NCBI GenBank assembly: GCA_043228905.1
Contig: JBHGNT010000011.1
Coordinates: 14,508,001-14,572,000 of the forward strand
Source of the DNA: Azolla caroliniana
Taxonomy: Eukaryota; Plantae; Polypodiophyta
Length of the DNA: 64,000 nucleotides
Direction of reading: 5' to 3'
Part shown: positions 52,101 to 64,000 of the stretch, one piece after another
Layout of the letters: every line of letters starts with the position of its first letter
How positions within the stretch are numbered: the first letter of the stretch is position 1
Position numbers and translations under genes: made by a program
The notes under the pieces: generated by a model
Databases searched by the model: none
The model's input: only the letters and a program-made list of their open reading frames with translations
Told to the model about the DNA's origin: nothing

Positions 52101-55100
52101 CACATAAAAGCCCTGCTTTTCATATCAAGGAGAATTTGGGGTATCGATGGACAACAAAAGGATAGTGATCCATGTCCTGCTGTCCCTTGATATTATTTTT
52201 TACCTCAGTCAGTCTTATATATGGACTTTGGAGAACACATGCCATTAATAGCAGCATATGAGGAGTTGTGGTCTGTTTCTTCTCATTGTTTTTTGTGATG
52301 TTACATATGGCAACCATATCAAACTTGATATTTAAATTGTTTTCAATCCAGTATCCTACAGCACCTTGGATCATACAAAGAGGGGAATTGAAAACACAAC
52401 ATTGCAAGAGTAAACATGAAGAAAATAGAGAAAAAAGGGCCAAGAATTGAGAACAAAATAGATCCTAAGAATTTGGAGAAACAATAAAGAGTTTCAGGAC
52501 AAGTAATGTTTTACATGCGGAACACACATCACATGCGCCTACAAATTTACATTACAAAAGAATTCACCAGTATGAAATGTGTACCAAGGTTCCCCGAATT
52601 CTTTGAAAGCAAGAGAAATGGCTTTTGCAAGCCCATCTGCAGCCCGGTTCTCCGGAACATTCTTTGAACACAAATCACTGTGGTTTTGGATGGATTCGAG
52701 CAAGTATCTACAAATGTGACGTGAAGTATAAGCAAGCATTTTAGATCCAATATAGATTCATTATTTGGGAAAGTCATTTAACTTTCTTACCGATGCAACT
52801 GACTAACTTGTGCACCTAAGCCACCGAAAGAAGAGGAAATAGTGTTTATTTCAATTTGAAGGAGATCACCAGAAAGCAGATCTGCCATATAGTCTGATCG
52901 ATGTAGCCCCAAACGGACAGCCTAACACACTCCAAGTAATTTAAATAGGACTTTCATCTTATGAAAATATATTAGCTACAATCAAGGGAAATCCAAGAAA
53001 CCCAAGGTAAATAGAACCACACAAAATAAATCTTCAACTTAATCATACAGGACATGATTCTAAAGTCAACATTGCAGACATGTTGTCAATGCACAAGAGT
53101 AGCATAATTCATATATCAGCATCCATACTGAATAATTGTTAAATACTAGATCAAATGTGATGAGGACAAATTCACTCACGAGAGGGAGAAAATTGTGCAT
53201 ATCAATTATCTACATGGATATTGTGTATTAATAGCTTGGAATGATGTTGGGACATGTGTATAAAAATGATGCCTTAGGTGGAAACAGTTTCAAATTTTAA
53301 AAAGAGATGTACATAGCAACAAGGATATGCTTCCAAAATGTTACCATCAAGGAACGAGAACTGAGTACAAACAAAGATAAATTCGATATGTCAGCCTTAA
53401 TGAAAAATGTGATAATACCATCAAAACAATGGGAAATCTTAAACTTTCCTTTAGTCTTTCCCTTTTCTATTATTCCATCTTGTTAGATAAGGGCTTTCAA
53501 AAACATCACTTCTTTATAATCAACAATGTTGAAAGAGCAACAGAATGTGCTTCGCACATTTCTCAGAGAGTAATATTGTATGAATATATTCAAAATTTCT
53601 CCAAGAGTCAAAGAGATTCACCTCATGTAGGTATTGTCTAAATCTATACGCTCATTGTTTTCCTAATCCACAACTTTCAGGTCTCCTAAAGCTATGTGTT
53701 TCTGCATCTCAACTAACTGTAAGTTATCATCAAACTGGGCCAATATGCAGCAACATCTGAATTATCAAGCAAGTTTGCAATGTATCCTTGAATTATCATC
53801 AAACAAGGAAAATACATGGCAGCCCCTGATTTGTTAAGCAGGGTTAATGCATTATGATATTAAGTTCATGCTTCAAAAATGAAGTTGAGCTGAGTTCGGT
53901 GTCATCTATTCCAGTGCTGCTCTTTATTAAGTTGCAAAACTTCTAACATGAAAATGGAAAGACATTGCCGTATTAAGTTTTCAAGAAAACCAAACTGACT
54001 CAATTTTCAGATGAATACTGAAACATATGTAGTCTAACAATGCAATGAGTATTAAACTCTTCAATAAATCTACCCTACCTGTTTGGTTCCCTCCTTTATG
54101 ACCATAGAATGAATATCAAGAAGCCTTGCTGTGAAATTATCTGTTTTCCTTGTCCTGTATAACCGCAAGTTGCCAAACAAAGTTTGAGTATTAATCTATA
54201 CATATGCCAATTCATAACATTAATAATTTGGTCTTCAGGAAAGTATGAACACGTTGAAAAAGATTGAAACCAAAACCTGGATAAAGTTTCCTGTAGGAAG
54301 ACATGGTCCAAGCTTACAGCATCAATAAGCTCATTGAATAATGGAGCAAGCTCAATTGCTTGCTTAAATTGCTCATCCGAGAATGGAGAGGGTAAAAGAC
54401 AAATGGGAGCATGAACCAGCCCTACTCCAGGAATCTTTCCTGAATTCTGCAATATGATCATCGAAAATCTGAGTCTGTTACATATGCAGACCCTTGACTG
54501 AAAGACTACAAAGTTCAAATGATTAAAGATACCATGTATCTATTATCCAGAAGATATATCAATATATGTGAATTAAAAACTTGTTTTTCATATCTTAAAA
54601 CGAAATGAGCAAAAGTTGGTTTTCCAAGGCTGCCTTCTTGGGACTCAACTTTTTTTTTAAATAAAACATGTACCTGTTACCGAGAAGATATATCAATATA
54701 TGTTCATTATAATAACATACTTTCCATAACTTCAAATGAAATGTGCAAAAGTTATTTTCCCAAGACTGCCTCGTCTTTGAGGCTCTATTTTTTACCATTA
54801 GCACCGATCATTGTCACTTCATATGGATGTTCTCCCTAATGAATGGAAAATACACTTGGATTGTCACTGACAAATGGTTTGGAGTTTGTCACATTGAACT
54901 ATATTGATGATTCATTCATTCTGCCAAAGAAAGACATTCCTAGTCTCACTTGCACTGTGAAGGTTTTACAGCTAGTTGGAGAAGCTACATTCAAATTCAT
55001 TTTTGGTTAGCATATATCAGTCCAACTTTCCTTAAACTTCAATGATTGGCAAAAAAAAAGTTTCCAAATGACAATTCCTCCACGTAAGATTGGGAGATGT

Positions 55101-55669
55101 TCAAGTTATCCACTTGCATGGAATTGATTGCAAGAATGTAGTTATTGGCATCAAGTAAAAAAAGGGTTGTAAGTTAATAGTGACTAACATGAAATTTGAA
55201 TTACATTTCTTTTCCTCAGACTCCAGCACAATTTATTATACCACCAAATAATATGTCATTGGCATGAACTTCGTGAGGAAATGAACCCAAATCTCAAATA
55301 AATAAAAACAACAAATATGATCTTACTTCAATTGTCCTATCCCCCATTAGAATTCCATGTATGGATGCCCATGCAAGTGCATCAGGTACTATACGCTCAG
55401 CTACCGAAAATGGGACAATGCCAGTTGTCTCCAGTGATGTGTCTGATTTGAAAGGCTCCATGCACGATGTATAGACAGATGCTCGATCGTTGGATGAGCA
55501 CTGAATACACCCGATTTTTAAATTGAAAGCAAAAGCAATGCTCTTTGTTTCAAAGACAGTTCCTGTAACAATCTCCAAAAACGAAGTCTTAAAGAAAGTA
55601 AATAAATAAATAAATCAAATAATTAAAAAGATGGAAAGAGTATGGCAAAGTACCAATGCCAAAGTGCAT
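49120..55669 (-). CDS. GSH2: Glutathione synthetase (eukaryotic type), ~490 aa from Met at 55461, with a possible N-terminal extension
   Basis: Phase-consistent exons: (55669-55654), 55562/55461-55327, 54446-54277, 54154-54079, 52921-52791, 52707-52585, 51378-51298, 51210-51130, 51019-50950, 50837-50716, 50127-49979, 49611-49416, 49258-49120. Motifs [67 protein letters not shown]. Confidence 0.95.
50184..50685. mobile_element. Non-autonomous long-TIR (foldback) element in a GSH2 intron
   Basis: Arms 50184-~50305 and ~50568-50685 are inverted copies. Termini TGTTG...CAACA. Perfect 5-bp TSD GAAAT at 50179-50183 and 50686-50690. Confidence 0.85.
51211..51297 (-). other. U12-type (minor spliceosome) AT-AC intron of GSH2, 87 nt
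   Basis: 5' site ATATCCTG, branch point TTCACTTAAC 10 nt before the terminal AC. Splicing restores [14 protein letters not shown]. Confidence 0.92.
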
Positions 55670-58600
55670 AGAACTGAAAATTTTTGTGGGTTCAAGTGAT
55701 GGGGTCCTAATTAACCAATGAACCATATTTTTACTTTCTCAACCAAAGATGCTCAGCTCTCTAGCTGAAATATGATGATAATAATAAATCAGACAATGTG
55801 GGAGTGAGTTGAGAACTTAGGTTATTGGATCTTCAAAAAAGCACAATCAATATCCATACACATGATATGACAATATTGTGAATTAATATGGATTGGATCC
55901 AATTGCAAGATCCAGTAAATTGTACCTTATAAATGGGTCTAGTATAAACATCCTCATATTTGGGCAACTAATTTAACAAGAAATTTATGCAATTTGATAG
56001 AACAAAAAATTAAGGGCGATCCAGCCTGAAAACCAGTAAAAAACTTTGCTTATTTTTTCCAAATCCAATACAACCCAACAAAGAGTATTGATCTATTTCA
56101 GATAATGAGTGGAAAAGGCATGGATTTATGTTCGTTATAATAATAATAATTTAGAATGTCTTTCAGCCAGTACTGTGTCGAATCTTAGGGTCCTCATGAA
56201 GTAATCAAAAGAGGAAATTCAACCGAAAAAACTGTAGTTTTCTTCGTGTGATTTTTCAAAGAAAATGCAAATCCAATAAAGAGTGTTGTATTATGCGTCC
56301 AGAATTAAGAGCATTTTACACATTCTCAAACTGCATTAGATGTTCATAAATTAAATCACAACTTCATAAAAACAAACCATAATATTATAACATTAACCAA
56401 TGTATACATAACATAGTGTAATTAAAACAAAACTGAACTGAGTTCCATATTAAAATTTGCATGATCAAATCCAAAGTTCGATAATACATAGAATGCTCCT
56501 CAATCATAGTGAGAGCAACTTCATTGCCAATATTCCAACAAAAAACACAAAAAAAAGCAATGCTTAAGAAAGCAGAGCATTGCCGGAATATAATAAACAG
56601 AAATTTATTTGCAAAGAAGAAGAAGAAAATAGCATTTCCGAAATAAAATAAAACAGAAGATTAAAATGAAGAATGACAATAATAAAAAAACAAAACAAGA
56701 AAAAAAAACATTTGCAATGCTTAAGAAACAGAACATTTGATTGGAAATAGCAAACAATAAATAAATAAACCAAGAGAGGAGAACAGAGGGAGGGAGAGCA
56801 TTTTACCTAAAGGGAAGGATAGAGTGGCAAGATCTACTGATCAATGGCTTTGATTTCTGAGAGCCAGTGGCTCTTTGGATACAGTGTTGATGAGGAAAGA
56901 GAGTTGAGTGGAATTTTGCATCTCCTCACACACACACAACATTGGGTGGGGGGTGGCCTGGTAATTTTGAAAACCTTTGGAGGGTTATTCTTGTAAATTC
57001 CAAAGCTCGCAAGCCTTTACTTTTACATTCTCTAGTGATTTGCACCGGAAATAAACCATCGAGAGAACACACGGGAAATTATTTCTGTACTGCGCAAGAC
57101 CAATGACTCTCTCTCTCTCTCTCTCTCTCGAACATCGTCGATATTTTTATTGGACCTGCAAGACCAAACCATTTCGGCATGCTGCAAAGCTGCTAAACAG
57201 TTACTTGACCCCTCTATCATCATGCATGTCTTCCCTAGTGTATACTTCAGAACAACAACGAGGAAGAAAGGTCGTAAGAAAATGGCCCACTTAATTGGTT
57301 GATCCATGTTTAGGATCATGTTGCTTTGGGTTCCTAACTCATATGAGCAAGCTTGCAACATAATGAAGGGAAGGTTCATCATCTCAGTGCTTGTAGGAAC
57401 AATGAATCAATACTTCTTTTTAGTACATTCGACAAAATTCAAGTTGCGAAGCAACACTCACGAGTGCCAACTATTACATTGCTTGAAAAGCAAATATAGG
57501 TGCAACTAAAACAATATTACCACCATCTATCCGGAATGGATTGAGTGATTCACAAAAAACCAATTTTTTATCACGAGCATGAAAAAGTAAATCTAATTGG
57601 TTTTGTTCAAAAAAGAAAGTCTAAAGTCTTACAAATTGTCCAATTGAGTTGAAGAAAAGGTTTGTAAATGAAGAGGGGTTATGAATAGTAAAATTCAAAT
57701 TTATGTTGTGGTTAATTTCAGTTGTCTTGTATGTGCAATGGCTTGCAAGAACCACATTTGGTGCATCCACATAAATCTAGTTTAGAATAACCATAATAAT
57801 CAAATAAATGTTTTTAGTGAAAATATATTAAAGTTGGTCCTATAATTTCTTGAGTTGTAATGATCGCCTAAATCAAAATGTAAAATCCCCACAAAGAGGG
57901 TGTTTTCCTAACCAAGCAAGTGATGCCTAAGACAATTGTTTGTGTTGGGATGAGAGATATTTTGTTTAATGACATTACACAACACATATCACGACATTTG
58001 GCAAGAGGACTTATCAACGATGAAGGAGGGGCAATGTCACAAACGGGGCCGGTGACGAGAAAACAAACTATGCTTTATATGTCTTCGTCATTGTGAGCAT
58101 TGATTGGTCACTTTCCACGATGTTTGTGAATGTAAACGAGTTGCAACAAGTGATGTTTTTAGTGGTGCACTCAAATTTGTGTGTTGATCTTGTAGTCAAA
58201 TTCTAGTGGTTGAACTTGATATATTGCAAGAATCCATGGCATCTACTAATGTTGTGAAAATAGGCTATTTGATTATGAAGAGCCATGGTGCAAAGAATGA
58301 CCCTTGATGATAGAGAAGACATATCGAGTAGGATTTTTGGTTTCATCTAGCATCAATGTTTAGCCCATTAGCATTAACAACTAATTAAACACGCAATAGT
58401 TGTGACTTCTATTTGTGTAGCGGGAGGAGGTGATATATTGTGTGTATTCATATTAACTTGCATTCAAATCAATACGAGATGGCAATTATGTTTGTAGGGG
58501 TATTTCACAAACGAGGATAGAAAACTAGAATATCAATAGTTGATCTTTTAGTCACAACTTGACATTTGCTAATAATTCCGTAAACACAATGATTCACCAT

Positions 58601-59145
58601 CACTTCCATTTGCAAATGACATACATTTCATTATTAACAATAAATTGCCAACCAAGCTATTACGTATGATGGAAGATAACGCTACCCTATCCATGTTGTC
58701 ATCAACCTTAAACATAATTTTCATAGACCATAGTAAGAAACAACTCAAACATTGAAAAAATTGACTTGACTAAATGGATTTTTAATCATAGGTCGCATGA
58801 ATATCATCACATCATGTAATGCATTTTCAAGGGTTCAATCATAGAGTAGATTTATTTTATCTCACACAATGCCACATCTGTAATTAAGTGTTACTTATAA
58901 CCAATAACGTAAACTTAAACTTAACTAATCAGATGTCGCCCATGTTAAAATCTCAGGCAAAGATATATGTAGTACAAATGCATGACATGAGATTTGACCT
59001 TGTGACCTTAGTTACAATGTCAAAGACTTTATCAACTAGCCTTTCTTTTTTTTTCTTAAATAAATATGTAAAGACAAGATTAAATAAATTGTAATGGGGA
59101 GATAAAAAACACACTACACCACATGGCATCTTTCTCACACCTATA

Positions 59146-61067
59146 CAGTAACCCTTCGGTTAAGTGTGCACTTTGAACACATGGGCAAAGTGCGCACTAA
59201 GGGGTTTGTTGAAAAAATTTAGGGTTTTTTGAAAAATTGTAGGGTTTCCTGTTGTGCTCTAATCATATGTTTCTTGATAAGAAAAGTGATCAATTTATGT
59301 GATATAATTGACTTGAAACGTTTTTGGTTTCAACATACTCTTCCTGAATATCATTTCTTTCCCGATTCCATATTAGCTTCAATTTTCACCTTTCTGCTAA
59401 GCCTACCTAATGAACTTCCTTGGATGCGATGAGATTTTTCCTTGCACAGAAAGGGAGGGAGGGAGAGAAAGAGAGAAAGAAAGAAAGAAAGAAAGAGAAA
59501 ATTAAGGATGAATGAATTGAAGAAGGCAGGGGGAGGGTGAGGGAGAGAAAGAAAGGAACAAAATTAAGAATGAATGAATCCAGAAAAGGAAATGAATGAT
59601 TGGGTTAAGTAGGAAAGTTTACTTTCTTTAATTGAGACATACAACACATAACACACACACAAACACTGCGATTGGAGAGATTGATTCTGAATTTGCGTTC
59701 TTTTTTTCCCCCCCATTTCTCTATGCGTTTTCAGTAGACCCCACCTACCATTGCGTAACAAATTCTTTTAATTATTATTTTTTTCAAAAACTCCTTTCTT
59801 TTATTGTTTTGCAAATGTTTGGAACATAGTCTTAATTTTGGTTTGATGTAATTTCATCATGAACAATGTAAATTTTTTTATCTGGATTTTGACCAAGGAG
59901 GAGGGCTCTTTGCTCCCAAGAGGTAGGGACACACCAGACAGGATCAAACGTTCTAAACTGTAGGACAACGAGGCATCAACACAGTGTAAGGCAATTCGAG
60001 TACTAGCATATATTGAGCATAAATGGATTGTAGATCCTGATCCGATCAAAGTACAACAAGATTGGCACATATGTACTCATGAAAACACTTGGCTACGTAA
60101 GGTCAGTTGGGACCCTTTGCAATGGACATGGTGTGATCCTTACGCGGGGCAAGGAAGCAAACCTATCCCTTTCTTTCAATTCACAACTAGATTGGGTCGC
60201 CATATTATAATCGCTCAATCTGCCCGAGATTCGGTTGCTGCAAAGGTATGGAAAACATATCATGTTCCTAACACAATTATCCCCAAGTTTTGGCAGAAAC
60301 TCTGGAAACAACAACACACAAGGCGAATCACCACTTCTCTATGGTTGTTAATACATAAGTCACTACCGGTTAGTGCATGGCAGCATGGGAACCTCAACTC
60401 TCCTAATTGTGTAGCGTGTCCAACCGTAGTAGAATCAATACGACACACTCTATGGGACTGTCCAGAGTCCCATTGAATATGGCAAGGGGTTGGCCGCTTA
60501 TTGCAATTATGCCAGGTGCAAGGCTCAATCAAGTGGGGGAATGTATGTTGGCTATCATGGCAGGCCCCAGTTGACCGATATGAGAATCAGGAAGAGGGGA
60601 TGACTTTGGTTATAAAAGCACAAGAAGTTTTTTTCTCCACCATCGACAATGTCCACTCAACTCCCATCAATGTCAAATCTCAAGTTGTGTTAGAATTGGT
60701 CAGCCCAATAACTCTTTGGATTCTATGGAAACAATGGTGTAGATGGGTCTTTTCCAACCAATAGTGTTAATGCACAAGATATGGAGTGAAGTGGTAGCCA
60801 CTCTAAAGAGCCAATATGATGGCCTCAAGGGTGACTCCAATGGAGTTCAAAGACAACGACTAGCCTTCATCCAACAATGGTCGTCCTCCCCCTTTATTGA
60901 GTTGGTGGGCATCCACATAAGATGGACCTATCGTGTCCCTACAGGGATTTGTATATACTAATCTCTTATGTAAAATTTTATAACTAATGGAAGGAGTTTT
61001 TTTTTGGAAAAAAAACACACACACACACACACTTAATAGAATGGCGCACTTAATAGAATGGTTACTA
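59146..61067. mobile_element. Non-autonomous Tc1/mariner (pogo-like) element
   Basis: Left end TA|CAGTAACCCTTCGGTTAAGTGTGC versus reverse-complemented right end TA|TAGTAACCATTCTATTAAGTGCGC (21/26 including TA). TA dinucleotide on both sides. Confidence 0.7.
59896..61015 (+). mobile_element. Second 5'-truncated copy of the L1 family seen at 10111-12664
   Basis: Colinear peptides (DPYAGQGSKPIPFFQFTTRLGRHI, ESIRHTLWDCPESH), the same 3' UTR and the same T9-GG-A8 end. Confidence 0.92.
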
Positions 61068-63023
61068 TATAAGAAAGCCATTGTACCCCTTATTCCTCCT
61101 TAGTCTCTCTTCCACCTTATTACTTGAATTTTTGTTTCATTTATTTATTTTCTTATTTGATCTTAGAACCCTCTATGCATTGAGAACTATAGTTCTCTAC
61201 ATTGGTATCAAAGCGAACTTCATCATTGACAATCTTCAAGTCAAGGATAGGAAGTATGGCAAAGTTTTCTTCTTAGATAGAAAAGTTGGACAAGCACAAC
61301 TATCAACCATGGAAGTTTCAAATGCGAAATTACTTGATTGGTAAGAATTTGTGGGGTTTCATTATAGGAACAGAAGTTAAGCCTTTCATGCATGCCACTA
61401 ATCTGATAAAAGAACAAATAAGAAACTTTAATCGATGGAATGAGAAGAATAAGATGGTTATGTTGTGTTATCACAAAATATATCGAATTCTATGATTGGG
61501 CATATTTAAGATCTCAAGTCATAAAAGGAGGTATGGGATAGTCTTTAAAGATTATATACTTCTACGATGAAAGCTAGAAAAAATCCATTAAAAAATGAGT
61601 TGAATAATTAGAAGAAATCAACACCAATGTCAGTTAATGATTTTGTTTTGAAAATAAAATATGTGTCAGATACTTTATCATTATCATCTATTGGAAGTCT
61701 AACTGATAATGATGACTTTTACATTTACATTGAATGGATTAAGAGAAGATAATAAATGGCAGCCTTTCATTACTTCTATTTATGCTAGAGATGCATTACC
61801 AAACTTTGAACAATTAGTTTCACTTATGATTACAAAGGTATTGAACTTGCAAGGCTCATCCTCTCGTTTAGATCAATTGTAAGTGTTTTATGCAGGATCA
61901 AAAGGTAAAGGTAGAAATAATCAGAGGAAGAGGAAGGAATAACTCTTCACAATCATCGCAACATCGACTACTATCAACAGCAAAATCAACATCAAAACCA
62001 AACTCAAAATTTCAGAGGTGGTACATGACGGTTCTATGCTCAAAGAGGCGGGTTTGATGGAGGTGGGAATACATGTATGATGTTACATTTGTGGTAAGCT
62101 TGCCACTATGCAAATCAATGTTTTCATAGAAACAATCAAAAGAATAGTAATTGATACACAAGATGATGAAAAATTTACTTATCATGAGTCACATAGCAAG
62201 TAATAATGCCGATCAAGATAGAAATTGGTATATTGATAGTGGATGTTCATGGTTATTTTCAGATTGGTGATGATATTAAGCATAGTATACAACACATTGG
62301 TAATAGACCTTTACAAAGTGCTTATGATACAAGAAATTATTTGTTCGATGTGTTGCACGTTCCTACAATTACAGAAAATCTAATATTTGTAGGACAAGTT
62401 GTAGAATGAGGGTTGCAAATAAGATTCACACATAGAGGATGCTTTGTAGAAGATCGTAGTAAAGGATTCAAATTGATTGCTAAAGAAGACAAAGAAGGTA
62501 GATTGTTTACAATGGATGTTGATAGTTCAAATCCTTTTCATATGATAACAAAAAATTGCAAAAATAGATTTATGGCATAAACGAATTGGCCATGTTAACA
62601 TATGTGCATAAATTGAAAAATATACAATCAAATGGTCTAGTTATTGGTTTGCCAATATTTAAGGATAAGAATATGTTATATATATGTGAAGCTTGTCAAT
62701 TTGGGAAACAAGTGAGATTCTCGTTTAATAAGGAAAGTGTGAGGAGTACATATGCTTTACAATTGATACATACAAATGTAAGGGGCCCAACAAAAGAAAC
62801 ATCAATTGGAGGTAATAGATATTATGTTAAATTCATTGATGATTTTACAAGGAAAGTTTGGATTTATTTTATGAAGAAAAAGTTTAATGTATTACGCTAT
62901 TCAAAAATCAAGAAACATCAATTGGAGGTAATCGATATTCTGTTAAATTCATTGATGATTTTACAAGGAAAGTTTGGATTTATTTTATGAAGAATTAGTC
63001 TAATGTATTACACTATTTCAAGA

Positions 63024-63640
63024 CGATTCTCATGCACTCTTGTCTACGCCCTCCTCAACTTTGCTTTTTTCTTCATGTCTCTCGCTGTGAGTTTCAAAAT
63101 CATGATTTTTTAACTCCATGTTATAGAGCATGTCATTAGTTTCAATTTGCATGTTTGAACACAAAAATCCGATATCACACGAGCCATGTATGAACATTTT
63201 CATTTAGTCATGCGTTCTTGTCTACGCCCTCCTCAACTTTGCTTTTTTCTTGATGTCTCTCGCCGTGAGTTTCAAATTCATCATTTTTTAACTCCATGTT
63301 ATAGAGTGTGTCGTTAGCTTCGATTCGCACGTTTGAACACAAAAATCCGATATCACACGAGCCATGTATGAACATTTTCATTTAATCACACGCTCTTGTC
63401 TATGTCGTCCTCAACTTTGCTTTTTTCTTGATATCTCTCGCCTTGAGTTTCAAAATGATGATTTTTTAACTCCATGTTATAGAGTGCGTCGTTAGCTTCG
63501 ATTCACATGTTTGAACACAAAAATCCGATATGACACGGGCCAGGTATGAACATTTTCCGATACTCACGCGCTCTTGTTTACGATGTCCTCAACTTTGCTT
63601 TTTTGTTCATGTCTCTTGCCCTAAGTTTCAAAATCATGAT
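63024..63640. repeat. 178-bp-monomer tandem satellite, ~3.4 copies, inside the copia integrase
   Basis: Equivalent positions at 63031, 63209, 63387 and 63565 give an exact 178-bp period. Confidence 0.93.
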
Positions 63641-64000
63641 ATTCAAAAATCAAGTTTAAAAGGAGTCTAGTGCAAACATCAAAATCTCGAGGTCAGATGG
63701 AGTGCATATAATAACACCCGAAGAAGAATGGTCTACTAGAAAACCAGACTTGTCACACTTAAGAATATTTGGTTGTGTATGTTATTTTCATATACCGAGT
63801 GAATTAAGGAGTAAGTTGATGCAAAGTTTGAAAAATGTATATTTGTTGGTTATTCCTTTGATCAAAAGGGATTTGGGTGCTATAATCCAATTACAAAAGA
63901 GCTTTGAGTGAGTAGAGATGTTGTTTTTGATGAGTTAGTTTCTTGGTATGAAAATCGTAACAAGTTGTAGATACATGAATTTGGAGAAAGAAAATAACCT

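Larger units (their letters stand above)
59067..64000 (+). mobile_element. Degenerate Ty1/copia retrotransposon: split 5' LTR, PBS, gag, protease, integrase; runs off the window
   Basis: LTR 59067-59145 plus 61070-61201 (TGTAAAGA...TCTCTACA). PBS TGGTATCAAAGC (61203-61214, initiator-Met type). Gag NYQPWKFQMRNYL, protease WYIDSGCS (~62226), integrase CEACQFGKQ, FIDDFTRKVW and PDLSHLRIFGC. Many stops. Confidence 0.88.

Overview
AT-rich land-plant nuclear DNA; the repeat mix suggests a non-seed vascular plant such as a fern (inference). Four host genes sit in a transposon-rich background. They are a two-exon LRR-III atypical receptor kinase (+, 16696-19317), an 11-exon MIP1-leucine-zipper/DUF547 gene (-, 27530-32274), a SUV3-like mitochondrial RNA helicase with an uninterrupted 913-codon ORF (+, 44876-47617), and glutathione synthetase GSH2 (-, 49120-~55669) with a U12-type AT-AC intron. 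Mobile DNA includes a solo LTR, two copies of an L1 family, two adjacent RTE/RTEX-like LINEs plus relics, hAT MITEs with 8-bp TSDs, and a pogo/Tc1-like element inserted in the TATA box of a copia LTR. The most unusual items are a TGT..ACA long-TIR element with a 5-bp TSD in a GSH2 intron, an ~80-bp promoter-like duplication bracketing the LINE pair, a 178-bp satellite inside a copia integrase, and a perfect 56-bp palindrome. All calls were made by eye; no database searches were run, and no clearly new multi-gene system was found.
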